In this document: piece after piece, positions 41,816 through 51,525 of the stretch
Position numbering within the stretch: position 1 is the first letter of the stretch
Layout: every line of letters begins with the position of its first letter
DNA from: Promethearchaeota archaeon
GTDB taxonomy: Archaea; Asgardarchaeota; Thorarchaeia; Thorarchaeales; Thorarchaeaceae
Assembly: GCA_014728035.1 (NCBI GenBank)
Contig: WJMJ01000059.1
Location: 128,001-192,000 of the forward strand
DNA length: 64,000 nucleotides
Direction of reading: 5' to 3'
Position numbers and translations under genes: made by a program
The notes under the pieces: generated by a model
What the model was told of the DNA's origin: nothing
What the model saw: the letters and a program-made list of their open reading frames with translations, nothing else
Database searches by the model: none

Positions 41816-42042
41816 TCCTTAATATTTTGGTTTACTAACCTTTTTTCAATCTTTGGTAGTCGTGAAAGTTGTACAAATTCCTCATTAGATATGAAAAGAA
41901 TCATTCAGACTATACCAAAATTTTGTTACAATCACTATTCTAACGCAAACTATTTTAACTAACTATCAGCTCGACGCCATTGCACATGGTCGGTTGAATG
42001 AGACCATAGACTATCGACCAAACAGATAACCGGTGATTCATA

Positions 42043-45003
42043 TTGAGCCTGTTGCATAGAAGACTATTCACAATCGTGCTGCTAACACTTTTCGTTTCAA
42101 GTAGTGTTATGACCATGGTTCCTCTTTCGAGTACCCAAAAGATGAATACCGTGACTCACAACACGGGACAGCAAGAAGTTGCGACTATCACTCCGCAAAA
42201 TCTGTCTATCCCCTATGTTGACGAGCATTACGGTCATGCTGATGGAATAATCGATCCAATGGAATATTCATTTCAATATACTGACCCAGTTACAGGAATC
42301 TCCGTTTATCTTGAACATGATTCTGATAATCTATATGTTGGTCTTCTTGCGCCAACAGAAAATTGGGTTGCATTTGGCTGGAAGAACTACAATGAATCCT
42401 TTGAATCTGGTGGGCTTAACGGGAGTGACTTGATTTACGGATATGCTCCTGGCAACCCTCATACTTCGATTCCACGAGTAGTACCCACTGATATAGTGAC
42501 TGTTCACTACGAACTACGTGTCCGAAATGGCACACTTCTTCAAGAAGGGGATGTTCCAGGTATTGATTCTGATACCCCTCTTCAAAACGAGTCCCTCTTA
42601 CAAGGATACAAAGATATGATTGTAGGAATGCGAATTGGTGAGGTTCGCCACTTTATTCTTCCTGCAGAAGAAGCATACAATCGTCCTGGACATCCACTTT
42701 ATGGTAATGATTTGGAATATGTTATTACTCTCTCCCGGATTGGTAGCAATGTAGATAATCCTGCTGATGCTGGAGATATCTATTATCGTGATGCATACGG
42801 TACAGGTACATTCCAATATGCATTCGACTCTAATCAATCTAGGATACTTGAAGCTGGTGGGTCTGATAATGCATCATATACACAATTGGAATACTTCATT
42901 AAAATGAACAGTACTGATTCAAATGATATTCCACTTCTGAATGGGACGGATTTCTCGTATCCATTTGTATTGATGTCCGGACCATCCGAGGATTTGTCCG
43001 ACCTGCCTGATATTCACAGTGATTGGTCAAGCGGAATAAGAATGCAATTTGTTTCTAACACAGCTCCAATGATTGATCCACAAGAGATATCCAACGATGA
43101 TGTGTTAGGGTTTGTGAAGACTATCAAGCTAAATGTGACTGATAATAGCTATGTGCGTCAAGCTTTCTTCAGAGTTGATGATGAAAACTGGACTTCAATG
43201 ACATATAATTTCAAATCTGATTTCTTTGAATATGAAGTAGACCTTTCAACATATGATCTTGGGGAACATACTATGAGTTTCAAAGCTGTTGACCCCTCAA
43301 ACACCAGCAGTTATCTCAGCTATAATGTCACGTTTGATTGGCCTTTCATTCCTTTGTTGGGAATGAAATTGTCTGTTGTACGTACACTGGTCGCTGATGC
43401 ACACCAGCTTATGCGAACTGAAGATGTATTTACTATTCTAAATAATGGATCCGCCCCCATAAATGCAATTGAAATTCTCTTACCCAAAAAGTGGGAATCC
43501 AAGTTACTATCAGTAATGGCTATTGATGGTTCAGGCAGAGAATTGGTTGTTACAAGGCTTGATGATGTTAACAACATGTTCCATTGGCGAGTAGCATTCT
43601 TTGAACCAATAGGGTTTGAAGAAAGCAAATCGTTCACATTCAAGACATATTTGCATTCAATTCATGAGCTTGTAAACTTCGATGAGCGAATCTATGATTT
43701 GCGCTATCTTGGCATTCCTGTCGTACCTTACATTCTAACAGAGGCAAAATTCGACATCCAATTACACGATAGTGATGAACTACAAGATGCCAGTCCTAAG
43801 TTTACAATGCGTGCAGTTGAGCCAATGTATATCAGAGAGGTTGAATTCTCCTTCTATTCTATTATACCCCTTCTCAAAGCTGATCGCAAAACAACTGTTT
43901 CTGTAGGTGCTTGGGGCTGGATGCATTACGCAGAGGAGATTACCATTGTCAACATCGGCTCATCCAAAGAAAACTCGTTGAATTTCCAAGTTCCTGCCTA
44001 TGCTGATGGAATAAAGATATACGACCAAGTAGGAATTCTTAGAGCATCTCAGTGGTCATTCTCTGAAACTTATGAGTTTAACAGGTCAACATCTATTAAC
44101 ATCAATCTAAACTCTGACCGATTTGGTTCTAATGGATTGATGCCTGGATACAGATATACCTTTTATCTCGATTATGCGGTCCAGACAATGAATTATGAAG
44201 ACATTATTCCCACTGGATCACAATTAGAAATCCCAATGGGAACCCTTGGAAATGTACTTGTTCATAAACATGTTGTTGATGTGAAATTGCCCATTGGCAT
44301 CAATATTCTGCAAGCTACTGATGGTTATCGTTTGTTATTTGGTGTATTTGATTTCACCTTAAGATACTCCACATACAATACAACCCGTTACAATCCAGCT
44401 ACAATTTGGGTACTGCAGCAATCTGGTGTCAGTATTCTGGCTCGTCCAATCCTCTTCGCATTAATTTTTGGAATGGTTGCTGCAATATATGTTGCAGGTA
44501 GACGGTATCAGCTAGCTAATAGAGACCTATCTGACCTAGATGAGGAAGAAGCATCCACTGTTGGATATACCGGTCCACCAACCAGTCTGATTCGTGATTA
44601 TGCAAATCTATTTTCACGAAAAACAGCACTAGATATGGATCTTGAAAAACTTGAATCATCTCGGCGTCGTGGAAAAGTCACGAAGAAGGAATATCTTCTA
44701 AGAGAGAAGGATATCAAAAGCCAATTGCGAGACATTGCTTCCGAATTGCCTGAGCTTCGAGACAAACTGGTTTCCTACGGTGGACGCTATCGCGAGATGG
44801 TTTCTACGTTAGAACTGGAGGAAGAAAAGATTCAGGGCGCAAAAGCTGGGCTTAGACAGCTTCTCATTCGCCGTAAGAAACAGAGAGTAAGTCGAGTCGC
44901 TTTTGAAAGATCGCGTCAAGATTATCTGAAGACTATTTCAAAGTCTACTACCACAATTGACCGGATACTCTTGAATCTCCAAGAAGAAGCTGGGGAGGAC
45001 TAA
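42043..45003 (+). CDS. Large secreted/membrane protein: DOMON-like domain with inserted FKBP-like domain, Ig-like domain, ribophorin-I-like region, TM, cytosolic coiled coil
   Basis: Signal-like N-terminus; WVAFGW/GSDLIYG (DOMON); VTVHY...GMRIGE...PAEEAY (FKBP); RKTTVSVGAWGWMHYAEEITI (ribophorin I-like); TM ILFALIFGMVAAIYV. Confidence 0.65.
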   Translation: MSLLHRRLFTIVLLTLFVSSSVMTMVPLSSTQKMNTVTHNTGQQEVATITPQNLSIPYVDEHYGHADGIIDPMEYSFQYTDPVTGISVYLEHDSDNLYVGLLAPTENWVAFGWKNYNESFESGGLNGSDLIYGYAPGNPHTSIPRVVPTDIVTVHYELRVRNGTLLQEGDVPGIDSDTPLQNESLLQGYKDMIVGMRIGEVRHFILPAEEAYNRPGHPLYGNDLEYVITLSRIGSNVDNPADAGDIYYRDAYGTGTFQYAFDSNQSRILEAGGSDNASYTQLEYFIKMNSTDSNDIPLLNGTDFSYPFVLMSGPSEDLSDLPDIHSDWSSGIRMQFVSNTAPMIDPQEISNDDVLGFVKTIKLNVTDNSYVRQAFFRVDDENWTSMTYNFKSDFFEYEVDLSTYDLGEHTMSFKAVDPSNTSSYLSYNVTFDWPFIPLLGMKLSVVRTLVADAHQLMRTEDVFTILNNGSAPINAIEILLPKKWESKLLSVMAIDGSGRELVVTRLDDVNNMFHWRVAFFEPIGFEESKSFTFKTYLHSIHELVNFDERIYDLRYLGIPVVPYILTEAKFDIQLHDSDELQDASPKFTMRAVEPMYIREVEFSFYSIIPLLKADRKTTVSVGAWGWMHYAEEITIVNIGSSKENSLNFQVPAYADGIKIYDQVGILRASQWSFSETYEFNRSTSININLNSDRFGSNGLMPGYRYTFYLDYAVQTMNYEDIIPTGSQLEIPMGTLGNVLVHKHVVDVKLPIGINILQATDGYRLLFGVFDFTLRYSTYNTTRYNPATIWVLQQSGVSILARPILFALIFGMVAAIYVAGRRYQLANRDLSDLDEEEASTVGYTGPPTSLIRDYANLFSRKTALDMDLEKLESSRRRGKVTKKEYLLREKDIKSQLRDIASELPELRDKLVSYGGRYREMVSTLELEEEKIQGAKAGLRQLLIRRKKQRVSRVAFERSRQDYLKTISKSTTTIDRILLNLQEEAGED

Positions 45004-45080
45004 AACCTCCTCAATTTCCTCCTTAGGAATCCTTATCAAATCTTAAGTCATGATGTCTGTCCCCTTTGGGGGGCATTATC

Positions 45081-45950
45081 ATGACTACAATCCCTTCTTT
45101 GAAGCGTAACCAAATCAGTGCGCGCGAAATGTTAGAGCCTGATACTAAAGCTCTTGAGCTGTATCAATACCTTACTGCTTCTCCTAAAGTACAATCCTAT
45201 TTGCGAACTGCAAATAGAATGGCTGTTTCACGATTGGGTTATACTGACCATGGACCAGTACATGCCCAAGTTGCAACTTGGAATGCATTGAAGGTATTTG
45301 AAATCTTGGAGAAGACATTCAAACCAAATATTGTTGCTGAGGGGATTGGAGATATAGATGATGCCAAACTGATCATCCTCGCATCTACCTATCTGCATGA
45401 TATAGGCATGGTAATTCACAGAACTGAACATAATCAAGCCGCTGTTTACCTTGCATCACAAATTCTTGAGCCTAAACTTGTAGAAATTTATGATGATCCA
45501 GGTATGGCCACTGATATTTTGTCATTTATTCTCCATGGTATCTATTCTCATGATGATGATACTCAATGCCTTACTTTTGAAGCTGGAATAACCAAACTTG
45601 GTGATGGAGCTGATTTAACAAAAGGGCGTACCATCGTACCATATCAAAAAGGAAAAGTGGATATCCATTCGGTAAGTGCACTAGCAATCAATAATGTTTT
45701 GTTCGATCATGGTAAAAATCATCCGTTACAGATTACTGTTGCAATGGACAATCCTGCAGGTGTTTTCCAAGTACAAGCTGTACTAGAGAAAAAAATTTCC
45801 ACATCTGGTTTAGGCGATCATATTTCTATTGATGTGCTTGTTAATGGGGATCGATTAATTCTTTCACAGGTTAAGAGACTCTTTCGTGTTCAATTAGAAG
45901 ATTCTGTTGAATCAATTGGCATGAAAAGAGGAAACAAGACTGAAGAATAG
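45081..45950 (+). CDS. HD-domain phosphohydrolase
   Basis: LGYTDHGPVH, YLHDIG, DGADLTKGR, DIHSVSALAI. Confidence 0.85.
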   Translation: MTTIPSLKRNQISAREMLEPDTKALELYQYLTASPKVQSYLRTANRMAVSRLGYTDHGPVHAQVATWNALKVFEILEKTFKPNIVAEGIGDIDDAKLIILASTYLHDIGMVIHRTEHNQAAVYLASQILEPKLVEIYDDPGMATDILSFILHGIYSHDDDTQCLTFEAGITKLGDGADLTKGRTIVPYQKGKVDIHSVSALAINNVLFDHGKNHPLQITVAMDNPAGVFQVQAVLEKKISTSGLGDHISIDVLVNGDRLILSQVKRLFRVQLEDSVESIGMKRGNKTEE

Positions 45951-45970
45951 AACGAATCCATTGTGAATGA

Positions 45971-46078
45971 TGGTAGCCCCGCCAGGACTCGAACCTGGGT
46001 CGTCGGGAGCTTTCATCGGGCAGTACGGAACTAGCCGATACCAAAACCCGATATGATGGACCGCTACACCACGGGGCT
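45971..46078 (-). tRNA. tRNA-Gln(TTG) with 32-nt intron at 37/38 (46009-46040), CCA encoded
   Basis: AGCCCCG/CGGGGCT acceptor with A1-U72; TCGGG/CCCGA anticodon stem; bulge-helix-bulge TTTT:GAAA with 3-nt bulges GGT and GCT; GGTTCGAGTCC. Confidence 0.95.
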
Positions 46079-46394
46079 ATTCTTCTTGGATTCCGAAAGG
46101 CTTTCCACCCTTAAGAATTTCTGTTGGAATTCTTCCTTTCCATTTCTCAAGGAATTTAGTCTCTTCAATGCGTTGCTTTCCTTCCAGCCTTTGTTCATCA
46201 GGAAGCATACAGACAATCCCATCTATTACAGGATACCATCTGCCGCATTTTGGACAGGTTACCAATGCCTCATCAATTTCTGTGACTGAGTCATTGTCTA
46301 TTTTAATCTCGTGCTGTGTATATATTTCAAGATTAAGTTTACTTCGACAATCTTCAGCAGGACATGCTAATATATCCATCAGCCACATTTTCAA
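46077..46394 (-). CDS. trm112: Trm112-family methyltransferase activator
   Basis: MKMWLMDILACP...CPKCGRWYPVIDGIVCMLPD; TTG start at 46394 after AGGTGA. Confidence 0.85.
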   Translation of the reverse strand: MKMWLMDILACPAEDCRSKLNLEIYTQHEIKIDNDSVTEIDEALVTCPKCGRWYPVIDGIVCMLPDEQRLEGKQRIEETKFLEKWKGRIPTEILKGGKPFGIQEE

Positions 46395-46534
46395 CTTGGT
46401 CACCTGTGATTCGTATAGCGTCACGTAGGGATTTAAAAACTATTCTGGCGGTTACGAACTCAGTAACAAAATCAAAGGAGTTAGCTAAGAACTCTTCAAT
46501 CTTATCAACTCAAAATGATTTGGTGGTTTTCGAT

Positions 46535-47935
46535 ATGGAATGGACGCATCCTTGGTTACCTATCACATATGAAACACAGAATCAAATGCTAGAGGCAATC
46601 TCAAAGGAAAAGTTAGACGATTTGTTCTGTAATATTCCTGATAAATTCAGACTAAAGCGCGACTTGAAATTACCCACTTCCCATTCTGAATATGAAGTAG
46701 CAAAACGATTGCAGGAACTTGCATCAAAAAACCATCCTGCTGATAATGGTCGAGTGTTCATAGGTTCTGGTGTTTATCCTCATTATATCCCTCACGTTGT
46801 TCCAGCTCTTGCAGGCCGCTCTGAATTCGTCACGTCCTATACGAGTTACCAACCTGAAATTAGCCAAGGCATGCTTCAAACTCTGTTCGAGTATCAAAGC
46901 ATGTTAGCGGAGATACTCCAAATAGAAGTAGTGAATTCTTCAATGTATGATATGGCCACGGCACTTGGTGAAGCGGCAAGAATGACTGCACGAGTGAATA
47001 AAAAACGTGATCGATTCTTGATTCCCAGTAGTATGAATCCAGAGTTCTGCAAGGTTCTTCAAACATATACTGAACCAGCAGATATTGAGGTTGAACAGAT
47101 TGACTACGACAAAAATACTGGTCTTATGGATCTCTCTGATTTGGAATCACGTCTAAATGAAGACGTTGCTGGAGTATACTTAGAAAACCCAAGCTATCTT
47201 GGCTTTATTGAAACTCAAGTTGATGCTATCAGCAAAATGGCTCATGATGCAGGTGCTCTATTGGTAGCTGGAGTCGATATTCTCTCACTGGGTCTCTTAC
47301 GACCTCCTGGTGAGTATGGTGCCGATATAGTAATTGCCGAAGGTCAACCCCTCGGTTCTCCCATGTCTTATGGTGGGCCCCTTCTTGGTATATTTGGATG
47401 TAAAATGGAAAGAAAACTGGTATACCAAATGCCTGGCCGATTGGTTGGACTGACTAGAACTGAAGAGGAACCCTATGAACGTGGATATGTGCTAACTCTT
47501 AGTCCCCGAGAGCAACATATTCGTCGTGAGAAAGCAACAAGCAATATTTGTTCCAATCAAGCTTTGGCAGCGGTAACTGCTGCAGTTTATTTATCCACTA
47601 TTGGCCCAACTGGCTTATATGAACTAAGTAAAAGTATAGCATACAAGTCTAATTATGTTGCTAAGAAATTGAATGAAATTTCTGGTGTAGTTTCACCTGC
47701 CATTGGTGATTCAATATGGCGGGAATTTGTTGTACAATTCAATGATGGAGTATCTGCTGAAGACGTGCATGATGCCCTACTCGCTAATAATTTACATGGT
47801 GGTAAGATTCTATCTACCGTATTTCCAGAACTAGGTGAGTCTATGCTCCTTTGTGTAACAGAATTGCACGATTTACAGACGATTGAAGAATTAATAGAAA
47901 CAATATCTGGTATATTTCAAAATGGAGGTGCTTAG
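46535..47935 (+). CDS. gcvPA: Glycine cleavage system P protein subunit 1
   Basis: TSYTSYQPEISQG, REQHIRREKATSNICSNQ; ATG at 46535. Confidence 0.95.
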   Translation: MEWTHPWLPITYETQNQMLEAISKEKLDDLFCNIPDKFRLKRDLKLPTSHSEYEVAKRLQELASKNHPADNGRVFIGSGVYPHYIPHVVPALAGRSEFVTSYTSYQPEISQGMLQTLFEYQSMLAEILQIEVVNSSMYDMATALGEAARMTARVNKKRDRFLIPSSMNPEFCKVLQTYTEPADIEVEQIDYDKNTGLMDLSDLESRLNEDVAGVYLENPSYLGFIETQVDAISKMAHDAGALLVAGVDILSLGLLRPPGEYGADIVIAEGQPLGSPMSYGGPLLGIFGCKMERKLVYQMPGRLVGLTRTEEEPYERGYVLTLSPREQHIRREKATSNICSNQALAAVTAAVYLSTIGPTGLYELSKSIAYKSNYVAKKLNEISGVVSPAIGDSIWREFVVQFNDGVSAEDVHDALLANNLHGGKILSTVFPELGESMLLCVTELHDLQTIEELIETISGIFQNGGA

Positions 47936-47937
47936 AA

Positions 47938-49494
47938 TTGAAGAACGAATATCTACTGGACAGAAAGGTTCGTCAAGCAAGATGGGATGAACCACTATTA
48001 TTTGAACGTTCAAATCCTGGCGTGTTAGCTCATCAAGTTCCGAAACTTGAACAAGAGATTCAGGATGCCTTTGGATCCTTGGACTCGATTATTCCAAAAT
48101 CAATGAAACGAGAGTCAGCTCCCAATCTTCCCGAGGTTTCTGAGTTACAGGTTGTCCGTCATTTCACTCGTTTATCACAAATGAATTTCTCAGTTAGTCT
48201 TGGCACTTATCCTTTGGGAAGTTGTACAATGAAATACAACCCTTTAATCAATGAATCCGCAGCATCCCTATCTGGATTCGCTTGGTTACATCCACATCAA
48301 GATTTACGTCAATGTCAAGGTGCTTTAGAATTAATGTGGGAGCTGGAGCAATGGCTAGCTGAAATTACTGGTATGGATGCAGTAACGCTCCAACCAGCAG
48401 CCGGTGCACAAGGTGAGTTTACTGGTGTTATGATAATGCGAGAATACCATCGTTGCATTACTAAAGAGTGTGAACAAAGACATGAGATGCTTATTCCAGA
48501 CGCTGCTCATGGAACAAACCCAGCTTCTGCTGCAATGGCTGGATATAACGTAGTAGTTGTTCCTTCAAGTGATGAAGGACTTGTTGATTTAGACGCACTC
48601 AAGGAATCTGCAGGCCCTAACACAGCTGGGCTCATGCTTACAAATCCCAACACTATCGGTGTATTTGAGAAAGACATTGCTGAGATTGCAGGAATCGTAC
48701 ACGATGCTGGAGGTTTACTATATTATGATGGAGCTAATTTCAATGCAATAATGGGTGTTGTCAGGCCTGGTGATATGGGCTTTGATGTCGTACATCTCAA
48801 TCTTCACAAGACAATGTCGACACCTCATGGCGGGGGTGGGCCTGGGTCTGGACCTGTAGGAGTAAACGAAGAACTTGCCGAGTTTCTCCCAGTCCCTCGT
48901 ATCATTAAAGAGGAGGATGGAACCTTTGGTCTTGACTATGACCTTCCTCGCTCCATTGGAAAAGTTAAGGGATTCTTTGGTAATTTTGGAATGCTGGTCC
49001 GTGCGTATTCCTACATCTATTCACTAGGTTATCAGGGTCTCCATCGTGCATCTGAGGTAGCTGTACTTAATGCAAATTATGTGGCCTATCATATCCGTAA
49101 GATTCGTGGATTCTCTCTCCCTTATTCTCAAGATGATCCTCGAATGCACGAGTGTGTCATTTCAGCGGAAAAGTTGAAAGATGATACTGGAATTACTGCA
49201 ATGGATGTTGCCAAACGTCTACTAGATTTTGGAATCCATTCCCCCACCGTGTATTTTCCACTCATCGTTCCTGAAGCTTTGATGATAGAGCCCACAGAAA
49301 CTGAATCAAAACAGGATTTAGATAGGTTAATTTCAGCTTTCCAAACCATATCTGACGAGGCATATTCTACCCCTGATATTGTGAAAAATGCACCCACATC
49401 AACTGCTCTTCGTAAGCTTGATGAATATCGTGCAGCTCACCCAAAAACTCTTACATTATCTTGGAAGATGCATTTGGAGAAAAATGAGGAGTAA
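47938..49494 (+). CDS. gcvPB: Glycine cleavage system P protein subunit 2
   Basis: PLGSCTMKYNP, HLNLHKT..TPHGGGGPG, EPTETE. Confidence 0.95.
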   Translation: MKNEYLLDRKVRQARWDEPLLFERSNPGVLAHQVPKLEQEIQDAFGSLDSIIPKSMKRESAPNLPEVSELQVVRHFTRLSQMNFSVSLGTYPLGSCTMKYNPLINESAASLSGFAWLHPHQDLRQCQGALELMWELEQWLAEITGMDAVTLQPAAGAQGEFTGVMIMREYHRCITKECEQRHEMLIPDAAHGTNPASAAMAGYNVVVVPSSDEGLVDLDALKESAGPNTAGLMLTNPNTIGVFEKDIAEIAGIVHDAGGLLYYDGANFNAIMGVVRPGDMGFDVVHLNLHKTMSTPHGGGGPGSGPVGVNEELAEFLPVPRIIKEEDGTFGLDYDLPRSIGKVKGFFGNFGMLVRAYSYIYSLGYQGLHRASEVAVLNANYVAYHIRKIRGFSLPYSQDDPRMHECVISAEKLKDDTGITAMDVAKRLLDFGIHSPTVYFPLIVPEALMIEPTETESKQDLDRLISAFQTISDEAYSTPDIVKNAPTSTALRKLDEYRAAHPKTLTLSWKMHLEKNEE

Positions 49495-49548
49495 CTTTTC
49501 TTCTCCAAACCGAAAAAAATACGAATATCTGTTGGTACGGTTATCAAT

Positions 49549-49920
49549 ATGAAATTAGAAAGAATAGTGGATACTCACAAACTCATACTGGATTTTGATT
49601 ATATTGGAAATGACATTCGCGTTTTGATTTATGGAGGCGACCAACATCATATTGGTGGTATTGCGGTTGCTTATTCCACACCAAGTCATTATCGTGATGC
49701 ACTTACAACAAGTGTGAACACTTTAACATTACCTGGGCACAAAGACTACGTCGTTGCTAACTCGGCAGCGGAAAAAATAGCGAGTGCCCTAGAGCAAACC
49801 GTTGTAGTATTGGTTGGAATACATGTTGACAACGCGACCTCTGACCAAATCACTTCAATTGTTTCTGCAGTTGACGATATGGTAGATGAAGTAATTAACC
49901 ACAATCAAAATGCTGAATAA
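49549..49920 (+). CDS. LpdD/proteasome-assembly-chaperone-4-like small protein
   Basis: GGDQHHIGG, LPGHKD, GIHVDNAT motifs. Confidence 0.65.
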   Translation: MKLERIVDTHKLILDFDYIGNDIRVLIYGGDQHHIGGIAVAYSTPSHYRDALTTSVNTLTLPGHKDYVVANSAAEKIASALEQTVVVLVGIHVDNATSDQITSIVSAVDDMVDEVINHNQNAE

Positions 49921-49928
49921 TCTACAAG

Positions 49929-50234
49929 ATGTCACAAAGCTTGGTTTTCAATTTGCGAGTACGTTTCAAATCATTTGGCCCCCTAAAACGATTACTTCCT
50001 TCTTCTGAAATGTATCTAGATATCCCTCTCGATTCAACAGTCAATGACGTAATTGATAGAGTTCTTGAAATTGGGGGAAAAGAATTTGAACGGCTTATTA
50101 TGAATAATGGAAAGCTGAGTGGAAATTTGATTGTGCTTGTTAACAAAACCGATATTGACCGACTTGATGGATTAGACACCCGATTATCTTCAGGTGATTT
50201 GGTGACAATTCTACCTCATGTACAAGGAGGTTAG
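49929..50234 (+). CDS. MoaD/ThiS-family ubiquitin-like protein (SAMP)
   Basis: beta-grasp pattern, IVLVN, C-terminal PHVQGG. Confidence 0.88.
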   Translation: MSQSLVFNLRVRFKSFGPLKRLLPSSEMYLDIPLDSTVNDVIDRVLEIGGKEFERLIMNNGKLSGNLIVLVNKTDIDRLDGLDTRLSSGDLVTILPHVQGG

Positions 50235-50238
50235 AGAA

Positions 50239-51525
50239 TTGGCACAATTTTATCTTGAAACTTATGGGTGTGCTTTAAACAAATCCGACTCGGATATAAT
50301 TGTCGGTCGTCTTGGTAAGCTTGGAGTTTCCAGAACCTTCGATTTACAAAAGGCTGATGTGGTAATTATTAACTCGTGTGGGGTGAAAGAACCTACCGAG
50401 GATCGTATTATCCATAGAATCCGAGAACTTCGAAAAATTGGACAACCTATGATTATCACAGGATGTCTCTCGAAAATTGCATTTGATAGAGTACGTCGTG
50501 CTTTAGATTCCGGTGGTGCCATACTCGGCCCACAAACAATTGATTCTCTTGGCCCCATCTTTTTTCGCGTTCTTGAAGGAGAAAAAAACATCGTCAATCT
50601 TGAATCTGATTCAAGCTCCAAGCTGCGATTCTTTTTGGGCCCGCCTAACTCAGTAATATGTACCATTCCCATCTGTGAGGGATGTTTAGGTAATTGTGCA
50701 TATTGTGCTGTCAAATTTGCTCGCAGTGACGTATGCAGCTATTCTATCGCTGAACTATACGCTATTACAAAACAGTGTGTACATCAAGGATATCAGGAAA
50801 TAAGGCTTACTTCACAAGATGCAGGTGCATTTGGATACGACACTGGGGAAAGTCTTGTTGACCTTTTGAGGAGATTGGATTCGATTTCTGGACAACATCG
50901 TTTTCGTATTGGAATGTTCAATCCTAATCTTGTAATTGACAATTTACTCGATATTCTTAATGTGATGAAATCCAATCATTTCTTCAAATTTTTCCATGTG
51001 CCTTTACAATCGGGAAGTAATCATATTTTGGAATTAATGAATCGTAGATATTGTGTTGAGGATTGGGGAAAAGTAATCCGCACAATTCGCGAACATTTTC
51101 CTTCCGCCACAATTGCAACCGACATAATAGTTGGCTTTCCGGGAGAATCTGATGATGACTTTGAAAATACCCTGCGAATCTTGAAAGAATTTTCCCCCAC
51201 ATTAGTAAATATCTCAAAGTATGGAGACCGTCCTGGGACTATTGCATCTCAGTCACAAGAGAAGGTTGATACGCTTTTGAAGAAGAATCGGAGTAGACAA
51301 CTCTCTCGATTTGTCTCATCACTTACTCGGGCTGAAAATAAGAGCTGGATTGGATGGTCGGGTCCAGCTATAGTTACTGAATGTGCTCCTAAAGGAGGAT
51401 ATGTTTGTAGGAACTCTTCATACAAGTACATTGTCGTGAATAAGTCGCTTTCCCTTGGTGATGTGATAAAAGTCCGTATAGTTGACTCTCATAAGACGTA
51501 TCTTTCTGCAATCACAATTCCCTAG
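50239..51525 (+). CDS. MiaB/MtaB-like tRNA methylthiotransferase (archaeal CDKAL1 type)
   Basis: ETYGCALN, NSCGVK, GCL, EGCLGNCAYC, TDIIVGFPGES, TRAM-like end; TTG at 50239. Confidence 0.9.
   Translation: MAQFYLETYGCALNKSDSDIIVGRLGKLGVSRTFDLQKADVVIINSCGVKEPTEDRIIHRIRELRKIGQPMIITGCLSKIAFDRVRRALDSGGAILGPQTIDSLGPIFFRVLEGEKNIVNLESDSSSKLRFFLGPPNSVICTIPICEGCLGNCAYCAVKFARSDVCSYSIAELYAITKQCVHQGYQEIRLTSQDAGAFGYDTGESLVDLLRRLDSISGQHRFRIGMFNPNLVIDNLLDILNVMKSNHFFKFFHVPLQSGSNHILELMNRRYCVEDWGKVIRTIREHFPSATIATDIIVGFPGESDDDFENTLRILKEFSPTLVNISKYGDRPGTIASQSQEKVDTLLKKNRSRQLSRFVSSLTRAENKSWIGWSGPAIVTECAPKGGYVCRNSSYKYIVVNKSLSLGDVIKVRIVDSHKTYLSAITIP

Noticed and set aside
46364-46534. N-terminal extension of GcvPA overlapping trm112
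   Set aside because: Homology begins at the ATG at 46535; the upstream part is the divergent promoter region
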